Of a DNA stretch of 64,000 bases, positions 12,330 to 22,885 are shown one piece after another; within the stretch, counting starts at the first letter, position 1; every line of letters begins with the position of its first letter. The notes under the pieces are model-generated. The model had not been told where the DNA came from. It worked only from the letters and a program-made list of their open reading frames with translations, and did no database searches. Both the position numbers and the translations under genes were made by a program. The stretch is from Octopus vulgaris. Taxonomy: Eukaryota. Location: positions 202,926,001-202,990,000 of the forward strand of contig OX597814.1 of the NCBI GenBank assembly GCA_951406725.2. Direction: 5' to 3'.

Positions 12330-12760
12330 AAGGCTATAAGTTAGCAGAACTGTGCTGGGCAAAATGCTTAGTGGTACTTCATTTGTCAGGCGGCGAGCTG
12401 GCAGAAACGTTAGCACACCAGGCAAAATGCATAGCCGTATTTCGTCTGCCGTAACGTTCTGAGTTCAAATTCTGCCGAGGTCAACTTTGCCTTTCATCCT
12501 TTCATGGTCAATAAATTAAGTACCAGTTACCCACTGGGGTCGATGTAATCGACTTAATCCGTGTGTCTGTCCTTGTATATCCCCTCTGTGTTTAGCCCCT
12601 TGTGGGTAGTAAAGAAATAGGTACTTCATTTGTTTTTGTGTTCTGAGTTCAAATTCCATCGAGGTCACTTTGCATTTCATCATTTCAGGGTCAGTAAAAT
12701 AAGTACCAATTGAGAATCAGGGTTGATGTAATTGACTGCCCCCTTCGCCCAAAATTTCCA
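12330..12760 (+). mobile_element. Nested SINEs: full family A copy (~12389-12619) inserted in an older related SINE
   Basis: TSD ggtacttcatttgt at 12373-12386 and 12620-12633; the host SINE resumes with ttctgagttcaaattc. Confidence 0.85.
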
Positions 12761-12969
12761 GTTGATTGCTTATTCTTCTATTGATCATATAGGGGTGATA
12801 TTGGCAGGTATAATCAGAGGGTTTATTATGGGTTGAGAAGGAGCTATATTAATAATGATTTGTCATAGGTTGTGTCCATCAAGATTAGTTTGTGTAGGTA
12901 ATTTAATTTATGAAACAATTCATAGTCGAAAGTTATTTTTAAGTACCTATAATACAAAGAATTATTATT

Positions 12970-13395
12970 AAGGTGGTGAGCTGGCAGAATCATTAGCACG
13001 CCGGGTGAAATGCTTAGCAGTATTTCGTCTGTCTTTACATTCTGAGTTCAAATTCCACCAAGGTCGACTTTGCCTTTCATCCTTTCAGTGTCAATAAATT
13101 AAGTACCAGTTGCATACTGGGGTAAATCTAATCAACTGCCCTCCTCCCCAAAAATTTCAGGCCTTGTGCCTAGAGTAGAAAAGAATCATTACTGCACTTG
13201 GCAAAATGTTTAGCAGCATTTCTTCCTGCTTTTTACGTTCCGAGTTCAAATTCTGCCGTGGTCAGCTTTGCCTTTCATCCTTTCAGGTCCAATAAAATAT
13301 ATAAATAAATACCAGTCAAGTATTGGGGTGGATGTAATTGACTAACCCCCTACCCTGAAATGTCAAGCCTTGTGCCTATAGTAGAAAGGATTATT
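12970..13395 (+). mobile_element. Two adjacent family B SINEs (same head and core as A; tail CCCCAAAAATTTCAGGCCTTGTGCCTAGAGTAGAAAAG then (ATT)n)
   Basis: B-box and core conserved; alternative tail visible. Confidence 0.85.
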
Positions 13396-13439
13396 TTTAT
13401 CATTATTATTATTATTTTCCGATTGATTTGCATTTTATT

Positions 13440-13753
13440 TCATCTTTCAGTCAAGTCTCAACTAGAGACCAAAGGCACATATATTATTATTATTATTCAT
13501 ATACACTCAACAGATTGGACTGTTGGAAAAAAAAAAGAATCCTAACATCGGGCTACAACAATTTGCCTTAGATGTCAAGAACCCACCTATCAGGTTACAG
13601 CAAGTAACCTTAGATGCCAAGAACCCTCCTAAGTATCCTAGCTGTCCCTATTAATTCTGCTTTTTTTTTTCTCTGCAGCTGTACTAAACTGGGTTTCCTC
13701 TGTCCATCTATTCAGATCTTTAGGGATAGTTTTCAATACACCTGTAACTACTG
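13440..13753 (-). mobile_element. R4/Dong-like (restriction-like endonuclease) LINE 3' end, decayed
   Basis: Minus strand reads PVVTGVLKTIPKDLNRW, then across frameshifts GTARILRRVLGI*, typical of the C-terminus of these elements; (AAT)n tail. Confidence 0.65.
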
Positions 13754-13970
13754 GGAGGCAGTGAGCTAGCAGAATCGTTAGCATGCCAGGCGAAATACTT
13801 AGCAATATTTTGTCTACCACTACATTCTGAGTTCAAATTCCACCGAGGTCAACTTTGCCTTTCATCCTTTTGGGGCCAATGAAATGAGCACGAGTTATGC
13901 ACTGGGGTTGATATAATCAACTAGCCCCCTTCCCCAAAAATTTTCAAGGCTTTTTGCCTAGAGTAGAAAT
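13754..13970 (+). mobile_element. Family B SINE
   Basis: Head, B-box, core and B-type tail present. Confidence 0.85.
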
Positions 13971-14029
13971 AATTTTTATTATCATCATTATTATTATTAT
14001 GAAATGGACAATTATGAAATGGACAAAAT

Positions 14030-14410
14030 GGACAAAATCAAAAGCAAACTCGATGAACATTAATGGAATTTGTAGTTTTGTGGTACCAGTGCCGGTGGCA
14101 CATACGAAAACCATCCGAAAGTGGCCGTAGCCAGTACCACATTGACTGGCCTCCGTGCCGGTGGCACGTAAAAAACACCATCCGAGCGTGGCCGTTCGCC
14201 AGCCTCGTCTGGCACCTGTGTCGGTGGCACATAAAATCACCCACTACACTCTCGGAGTGGTTGGCATTAGGAAGGGCATCCAGCTGTAGAAACACTGCCA
14301 GATCTAACTGGCCTGGTGCAGCCTTCTGGCTTCCCAGACCCCAGTTGAACCGTCCAACCCATGCTAGCATGGAAAGCGGACGTTAAACAATGATGATGAT
14401 GATGATGATG
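14030..14410 (+). mobile_element. Family D retroposon with a single copy of the 62-bp unit
   Basis: Nearly collinear with 4575-5123 apart from repeat number; (GAT)n tail. Confidence 0.88.
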
Positions 14411-14436
14411 AAGTTAGTGCATGGCTAATTTAATTA

Positions 14437-14627
14437 TGTGTCCGCATGTGTATCATTGCCGATTTTCTTTCTCCGTCTTCCCTTCTTTGGTCTTTTTCTA
14501 TATTTCTGACAAAGAGCTCCGCTCGAAACGTGAAATCCTCTTTCTTTTCTTCCCTTTCCTGAGCGTCCAATAACAGTATTTATTCCACATCCTCATGTTG
14601 TTTTTTCTTGCTTGTTCTTGTTTGGAT
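14437..14627 (+). mobile_element. Penelope-like pseudo-LTR fragment with decayed minimal hammerhead motif
   Basis: 15-bp TSD tggctaatttaatta (14422-14436 / 14628-14642); motif attt-CTGACAA-a-gagc-tcc-gctc-GAAAC-gtg-aaat at 14502-14536. Confidence 0.65.
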
Positions 14628-14669
14628 TGGCTAATTTAATTAGCTGGAATTTTATCTTGAGGTTTGGTG

Positions 14670-15592
14670 ACGACATGCCTCCTCAAATCTCAAGAATCTT
14701 TCATAGGATTCTTGCAGACTATAGGATGGCACTTTCCTGCAGGTTGACAATATGAATCTCAATTCCAGTATTTTCAGTCTTTTAGGTAACATTTTCAGCA
14801 TTGTGCCAAATGCAAAGAATAATTGTTGTTTTAGACTTCCACAGTTTCTTCCGTTATTCTGGCCAGACCCTGACATTTCTCAGTTTTTACAATTTCTTTG
14901 ATATCAATTCTATTATCCTATGGCATTGCAAAGTTTACGATCTTACACTGTTTGTGTATTTTGTCCTCTATAATCAACAGTATGGTCAGTCTTTATGGGG
15001 ACATCCCATAAGATCTCGTAATTCCTATTCTCCCTCACAGCTTCTGATTCATGTTCATACTGCTTTCCTGTTATTTCAAAGCCATACACATCCCGATGCA
15101 CTCTTTTACCTACATAGTCATTCCAGTGCTTTTACTCTTTTTGTGCTAGCTTTTTGCACTCACTCAAGAAATGATTGATAGTTCCGTTTCCTCTCCTACA
15201 GATTCTACATTTGCTGTGTGGGTTTCGTCTATCTTTGCCTTTATCGGATTCATCTTAATGGCTTTGTTCCTGGAAAGTTATAATTAGTACTTCAGTCTCT
15301 TGTTTTAAGTTTCTGTCTGTCAGCCATAATCAACATTCTTTACTTCCAGTATCCTCAGTTTGTTGCATAAATTGACTATATAATTCCATTTCTTTCCATC
15401 TGCTTGTTCTGTTGTTCTTCCTTCACTCTGCATAATTTTTCAAACCCAATATCGCAGTACAAGACTGTGTCTTCTGCATTTAGTAATCCTCTGCCTGCTT
15501 CCTTTCTTGGTAGGTAGAGTCTGTCAGTATTACTTTTAGGATGGTGTGAATTGTGCATTGTGAGCAGCTTCCTAGATTTTCTATCCAGTGTG
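14670..15592 (-). mobile_element. R4/Dong-like non-LTR retrotransposon, 5'-truncated and pseudogenised ORF
   Basis: Peptide DRKSRKLLTMHNSHHPKSNTDRLYLPRKEAGRGLLNAED matches the post-RT motif of R4/Dong elements; downstream remnants include KKLWKSKT and LQESAIL-SARIL; many stops and frameshifts. Confidence 0.8.
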
Positions 15593-16850
15593 AATGTTAT
15601 TGTTGTTGATAATAATAATAATAATAATAATAATATCAACAACAACAAAGATAATAATGTTTTTCTGTGCATTTCTTCTTTCTGCTTTCATATCATTAAA
15701 TTCACTTCATTTTACTTTGATTTCCATTAATTTTCCATTTCTTTGTTAGAATAAAATTTGGTAAATAATTATTTGAATTTTATGCAGAGTTTATTATTGA
15801 CATTAAATTGCTAATGAATAAAGATGTGGCATCCTCTATACTTAGGGAAATTAATGAAATATGCTTACTAAATTATATTTTCCTTCAAAAGTATCTTATT
15901 CTCAACATTAAGAACGTTCACTCGCTATCAGGTTTTCATCTCCAAGAAAGTAATTAATACAATAAAGGATATTGATCTGTGAATATAAGAAAGGTAAACA
16001 AAAAAAAGAAAAAAAAGTCATTCTTAATTAATAATGAGAGATAATGTTTCATTTGAAAATTTGATGTTTTAATGAGGGAAAATAAGGAGGGGAAATTATT
16101 TTAGATTATCAACTAAGGATAATTAATATTAGATAAATGTGGTGCCTCATTCTGTTAGACAATTTGAATTAAGAGCTTCTCTTTATCCAAGTTAACTACT
16201 CTTGTGCTGTCGTCACGGTGGCACATTTGTCTCTCCTCTTCTAATCACCACTGTTGTGCCGTCTTACACTGATCAGTACATCCAATCCTTCTTCTCTAGA
16301 ATATCATACCTTTTCAATTCCCACCATGTACAGATGTTTAACTCCTGCAGTTATCAATTTGCAGTCATTCAAGAGGATTCCATCCCACTGGTCTCAAGGG
16401 CTCTGAAGGATATGGGGACAGGTCCTTTCTTCCAATCCAGTAAACAAAAAGAGGTGCTTAACCAAAAACTAGAATTCTTATTGAGCTGTTAATTGCTTGA
16501 AAAACATTAATTATGAGAACATTATGAGAATTATTCACTAACTCTGCAGAATAATATACTTAACACTGTAGCACCCCAGAGTTATTGTGTAAAATATATA
16601 GAATGCTATATGATGATAAACTATGTGTGTAACCACAAAAGAAGTAGACTTCAATATCTTGGGATATTTTTAACATATACAAGCATGGAACACTCACTTA
16701 CAGTAATAAGATTTTTCCAGTAAACTATGAGTATGAAGCTGTCTAATTTCCAATCAGTAATCAACATGCAATGACTGTGTCTTGAATTATCGATCAGAAA
16801 TCAAGGAACTTCATACCTATGGTTCACTGGGTAACTCCAAGTACTGTATG

Positions 16851-17273
16851 TGAGTGCTCCATATTTTTATAATGTACTAAAGAATGATGTATGACTACAT
16901 ATGTAACAATATTTAAGAAAACTTACATTTGGCACCAGCAAATGTGATTAATTTTTTCCACAGAATTTCAAAGTTAATACTCTACAGTTTGCATGTGATT
17001 TCCAACAGCTTTAATTATATGTATTGTTCATTAAGAAACTAATCTGAGGAACCCGTGAATTTAAATTTTTATTTTTATTTCAAATTTAGTTGAAAGAAAA
17101 TTAATTCCATGGCTTTTGCAATATTTCCTCAGATTAGTTTCTTAATGGACCATATTTAGAAACTACACCTACTGGCAATCACATGCAAAGTATTAAGCAA
17201 TGAGTTTGTGATTCCTTCTGTTGAATCTACTGGGGAATCCTTAAAGTTTTTCAGATAAAAATATGGACATTCC
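16851..17273. mobile_element. Old fold-back / MITE-like palindrome
   Basis: Nested inverted blocks: 17029-17051/17125-17147 (23 bp perfect), 16988-17004/17173-17189, 16859-16870/17255-17266. Confidence 0.6.
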
Positions 17274-17858
17274 TATTTCTTTACTACCCACAAGGGGCTA
17301 AACACAGAGAGAACGAACAAGGACAGACAAACGGATTAAGTCGATTATATCGACCCCATTGCTTAACTGGTACTTATTTAATCGACCCCGAAAGGATGAG
17401 AGGCAAAGTCAACCTCGGCGGAATTTGAACCCAGAACATAACGGCAGACGAAATACCTATTTCTTTACTACCCACAAGGGGCTAAACACAGAGAGAACAA
17501 ACAAGGACAGACAAACGGATTAAGTCAATTATATCGACCCCAGTGCGTAACTGGTACTTATTTAATCGACCCCGAAAGGATGAGAGGCAAAGTCGACCTC
17601 GGCGGAATTTGAACCCAGAATGTAACGGCAGACGAAATACCTATTTCTTTACTACCCACAAGGGGCTAAACACAGAGAGAACAAACAAGGACAGACAAAC
17701 GGATTAAGTCAATTATATCAACTCCAGTGCGTAACTGGTACTTATTTAATCGACCCCGAAAGGATGAAAGGCAAAGTTGAACTCAGAACAACGCGGCAGA
17801 CTAAATACCTCTAAGCACTTCACCCGGCGTGCTAACGTTTCTGCCAACTCACCGCCTT
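17274..17858 (-). mobile_element. Family A SINE tandem trimer (one head, three 184-bp bodies)
   Basis: Units start at 17273, 17457 and 17641; TSD aatat(g/t)gacattcc at 17260-17273 and 17859-17872. Confidence 0.92.
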
Positions 17859-18929
17859 AATATTGACATTCCCACCTCCATTTTAATGTCTCAAGAAAAT
17901 TCTAAACCACGATACCAGTGGTCACTTCATCAAACACATGAAAACTGCAAATTATATAACACACCAATATCATTATATTTATTTTATATAACTTTATATT
18001 GACAGTTTTTCTGCCGTCACTTCAGACTTCTATATGACGTCAATTCACTCTGGACTTTTCTTATATCTTTTTTTTTATTCTAGGTTCTTAGTTTTAATTC
18101 ATCTTTTTCTTAAATTTTTTTTTTGTTGTTGTTTTTGTTTTGGCCAAAATCTATTCAATGAATAGTTTTAAAATCTTATATTCATTATCACTGCTGTCAT
18201 GTCACCAAACACTGGGTCTTTTCAATTTATTATCATTTTCTGCCACATTTCTGGCAGTACCATCTGTTAATCTTTCTGCAGGCCTTTCTAACTCAACATT
18301 TCATAATGTAAAGACAGAATATTTTAATGCTAGTAAAACAAATAGAAGATACAGGTGCTGACATTATTTGTGTGGTTATGCAGTTTGCTTTAAAACCCCA
18401 TGGCTGAAGGTTCAATCCCATTTGATGGCACCTTGGGCAGGTGTCTCCTACCATAGCCTTGGGTCAACTAAAATCTTGTTAGTCAAATATTGGTAGACAG
18501 AATTTATGGAAGGCCATCAAAGAGATTATTTTTGACATTGGTGATAGGCTTAATCCATTAACTGGTTTAACACCATTGCCTGGCACTTGGCTGCTTTTAA
18601 TGGAATCCGTTCTGTTGTTAGTGTTACTTGAGTGTTTGTTGGTTGGTGTGTGGTGGTGACTGGTGGAGTTGATGAAAGAGTCATGTTTCTTGGGCTGCGT
18701 GAAGAAGCAACTGAACAACACCCGCAAACATTTAACAGAATATTTTATTATCACCCATAAAGTCAAAAGTACACCTTTTATAGACAGCAACATTAATAAT
18801 TACATACTAAGAGAGAAGGAAAAACTGCACCACATTCAATGAAAGTTACTTATGAGACATTGTGTGAATGTCCAGTTTGGTCTGTCCAAGAACCTGGAGA
18901 TGTCGGGGCATATATTTGGAACTGTTTGA

Positions 18930-19120
18930 TGTGGCAAGACATCCTTAGCAGTATTTCGTCTGTCTTTACATTCTGGGTTCAAATTCCGCCAAGGTTGACT
19001 TTGCCTTTCATTCGTTCAGGGTCGATAAACTAAGTACCAGTTGCATACTGAGGTCAATCTAATCGACTGCCCTGCTCTCCAAAATTTTTGGGCCTTGTGC
19101 CTAGAGTAGAAAAGAATATT
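18930..19120 (+). mobile_element. Family B SINE, 5' truncated
   Basis: B-box, core and tail. Confidence 0.8.
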
Positions 19121-19499
19121 CTACAGTTAATTACCACCAAAAGTGGTTTTTTTATAGGGCACTAGAAGAAGATTCTAGAAGATTGAATCATGTGGTAGCT
19201 TGACACTGATTGGTTGCTTAATAGACTGACCATGTGGTTTTCTTGAGATGTCTGACCACGTATTCACAGATTCAGTTTTGAATCCTCCCTACACTCACAT
19301 TCACGTCAGGTGTCCAGTTTGAGGAGAACTTTCTCCACTCCCACACCCCACACCCTGGCAATTTCAAAGACACTGAAAAGGTCATGGGCACTTCTCTTAC
19401 TATTCTGACTCAGTTATTTTTAAAAATGGGAACTTTTATGTGTATGTTTGATCTGCTATAAATAGAAGTCAGATCTTCCTCAAATTAAAGGCTGTCATG

Positions 19500-19718
19500 T
19501 TAACCCTCTCGTTCATATTTCTGTTGAAATACACAGCCTTACATTTCAATTAATTTTGAAAGTAATGAAGAGAGTTTAGTAAACTAATTTTGTCCTTATT
19601 TAGCTGTGGATTCAAACTTAGATTTACATAAAATCTTGATGAAAATTTTCAATTTAGATCACTTTAACTCAGGAAGCTTTGATCACAGAACCAGGATCTT
19701 AATGTTAAAAGAGTTTAA
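19500..19718. mobile_element. piggyBac-like MITE (TTAA-CCCT...); relative at ~52110-52255
   Basis: Starts ttaaccctctcgtt and ends aaaagagtttaa; body shared with 52110-52255. Confidence 0.55.
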
Positions 19719-20544
19719 AAAAAGAACATGTCAGGGTATAGTGTAAGCTGGGCTACAGTATTGTAGTGGGGCAATGGGGAGTCAAAAGTACTGGATGGTC
19801 ATTGCTGGAATACATATGATCATAAAACCAACTGGATCAGGCCTGAACAGGAGCTAAAAATGGTAATTCTTTTTATCATCTTTTAAAGAGAGTTGATATT
19901 AAATGTAAATGCATACTAAATCTATATTTCAATGTGAACAACATTTAGTGATGTAATTGTATCTCTGTAACTCTAGAGGAGTGCTGCTTTGTTTACAATA
20001 ACATATGTAAATATGTTTATATTTAAGCATCTGGCTTTGTGAAAGTAAGATGATAAGATATATGAAAGAGAAATATTGTTCATATCTTCAGCTCTGTAAA
20101 TATAACAAGCTGATAGAAGAATGACTGGAGACACACACACCCAGGGACACCTGCTGCATGTATGGTTAAACAGGAGCTTGCATATTTAATATATGAGAGA
20201 AAGAAATAATAAAATCTTTGTTTAGATATGTCAGCTGAAGAAACACAAGGGTGACAAAAAGAAATTTAAATAAATGTAATAAAATTCAAACTAGAATGCT
20301 GTAGGGAATGCTTCTGATGCTGACAATATGGTACCATTCTGGGACTTGTATAAGCTATATAACAGGTTGTGTTTCCTCTCTGTTGCTTTTATGAAACTTT
20401 CAAAGTGAAACTCTACATGCAAACTTTATGCAGTATTTGATTTGGATATGTTGTTGTGATGTTGAAGTTTTACAAATTTTCTAATGCCACTCAAAAATAC
20501 AATCTTATTTACTTATTGTTAAATTGTCAAGTTTCTGCATAGTC

Positions 20545-20688
20545 CCTTTCAGAATATTTGTTTATATATTCAACTTTGTTTTATTTCATCATTCATCATC
20601 ATCATCGTCGTCGTTTAACGTCCGTTGATGATGATGATGAATGATGATATAAAACAAAGTTGAATATATAAACAAATATTCTGAAAGG
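20545..20688. repeat. Local inverted duplication (~62-bp arms) centred on a family D 3' stub
   Basis: cctttcagaatatttg...catcatcatc / gatgatgatg...caaatattctgaaagg with one mismatch. Confidence 0.92.
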
Positions 20689-21491
20689 AACAATAGAATA
20701 ATTGGTTACAGGTCACCAACAGAGCAGTCATTTGTTTGCTGGATTTATGATAATGACAATGACAAGGGAATGTTTGACTCACTGCAGAACAAATATGGCA
20801 AGGAACTTTGTTTGAAAAGATATTAAGCATTTTCTTTTTGTGGTTTTCTTTTTTACTCTTTTTATCTTCCACCAACATACAATTTCAGTTTGTAGTGATG
20901 GCATGACTAGAAAACTCTATTCTATGTGCTGCAATGGTTGTGTCTTTGAGCAGCAACATACATCGATCGGATAGGTCTCTCGATACAACAACACACTAAT
21001 CACTGACTGATTGAGAAGAATTTATGCAATTAATTTGATCTTCAAGTATCTCCAGGAATGCGAGTTTGCATTTGCTGGCATGCCCACAAATATGGTTCAC
21101 TTTTTAGTGAGAGGGATTTGCTACTTGAATGAACCTGTATCACTTGCAGTCTCTGTTGTTACCAGCAAATATGGGAGTGGACTACTGTTGCACATGTTTC
21201 CTGATAAAGACTGAATTATATCGGTTGCACACCAATAATGCAAACGCATGCCTATGAATCTAAACTACTGAATTAATTGAATTAATTCGTTGCAGCCAAT
21301 TAGCAATTAACTTGCTATATCAAGAGGCCTGGCTAATTAATGATAGCCTTGATCACACTTCTCTTGCTATGTTGCTTCACATGAAACAAGGGATCTTTTT
21401 ATGTATGCTATCAATGCAAAGAACATTTTCCCCTCTTATTAAGACCTAAACATGTTGACAATAATTTCCCAGGCATGCCAAGGAAAATGAT

Positions 21492-22025
21492 AATCATCAT
21501 CATCATTGTTTAATGTCTGTTTTCCATGCTGGCATGGGTTGGACGGTTTGACTGAGGTCTGGAGAGCCAGCAGCTGCACCAGGCTCCAGTCTGATCTGGC
21601 AATGTTTCTACAGCTGAATGCCCTTCCTAACACCAACCACTCCGAGAGTGTAGTGGGTACTTTTTATGTGCCACCAGCACAGGAGCCATGCAGGCAGGCC
21701 TGGCATAGATCACTTTCAGATAGTGTTTTTTGCATGCCACCAGCATGGAAGCCAGTCAGGGGGTTCTGGCATCGGCCACGTTCAGATGGTGCTTTTCACA
21801 TGCCACCGGCACATGGGGGCCAGTCAAGCAATCCTGGCATCGACCACACTCGGATAGTGCTTTTCATGTGCCACCATCACAGGAGTCAGTCAGAGGGTAC
21901 TGGCATTGGTTACATTCAGATGGTGCTTTTTACGTTCCACCAGCATGGGAGCCAATCAAGCGGATCTGGCATTGGCCACATTCGGATGGTGCTTTTTATG
22001 TGTCATTTTCACGGGAGCCAGTCAA
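21492..22025 (-). mobile_element. Family D retroposon with ~6 diverged ~60-bp internal repeats
   Basis: (CAT)n tail, conserved 3' block, repeating GGATGGTGCTTTTTACGTGCCACC units. Confidence 0.85.
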
Positions 22026-22434
22026 TTTGGGGGAGAGATAGGTCATTTACATCTACCCAGTGCTCAAGTGGTGCTTATTTTGTCAACTCTGTGAGGATGA
22101 AAGACAAAGTCAATCTAGGCGGAATTTGAACACAGAAAGTAAAGACAGACGAAATGCCACTAAGCATTTTCCTGGTGTGCTAATAATGATTCTGCCAGCT
22201 TGCCACTCTATTGTTTTAAATTTTGACACGAGACCATCAATTTGGAGAAAGGGTACAAGTTTATTAAATTGACCCCACTGCTTTGAAAGTATGAAAGACA
22301 AAACCAACCTCAGAGGAATCTGAACTCAGAACGTATAAAATGGACAAAATGATGCTAAGCATTTTGCCCTGAATGCTAATGACTCTACCAGCTCACTGCG
22401 TTGCTATCAGTCAATAATATTGACTGGTTTCTTT

Positions 22435-22885
22435 AAGGCAGCAACCTGGCAGAAACGTTAACATGCTGGGCAAAATGCTTAGCGGTTTTTCGTTCTGTCT
22501 TTATGTTCTGAGTTCAAATTCTGCCGAGGTCAACTTTGCCTCTCGTCCTTTCAGGGTCGATAAATGAAGAACCAGTTGCACATTAGGGTCAATCTAATCA
22601 ACTGTGCCCCTCCCCAAAAATTTCAGGCCTTGTACCTACAGCAGAAAAGAATATTGACTGGTTTCTTTAAGGTGGCAAGCTGGCCAAAATGTTAGCACAC
22701 CAGGCAAAATGCTTAGCAGTATTTCATCTGTCTTTACATTCTGAATTCTAATTCTGCCAAGGTTGACTTTGCCTCTCATCCTTTCGGGGTCAATAAATTA
22801 AGTACCAGTTGTGTACTGAGGTCAATCTTATCGACTGCCCCCAACAAAAAAAAAATTTCAGGCCTTGTGTCTAGAGTAGAAAAGA
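22435..22885 (+). mobile_element. Two tandem family B SINEs sharing a triplicated flank
   Basis: aatattgactggtttctttaagg at ~22416 and ~22650, variant at ~22886. Minus-strand relatives lie at ~22050-22400. Confidence 0.85.

Noticed and set aside
16202-16492. 96-aa ORF / minus-strand exon candidate
   Set aside because: No recognisable domain; the minus-strand AG..GT interval has stops in all three frames; likely a decayed LINE.
21506-22129. Longest ORF in the track (207 aa)
   Set aside because: Antisense read-through of a family D element into an A/B SINE; no protein-like domain and a non-ATG start.
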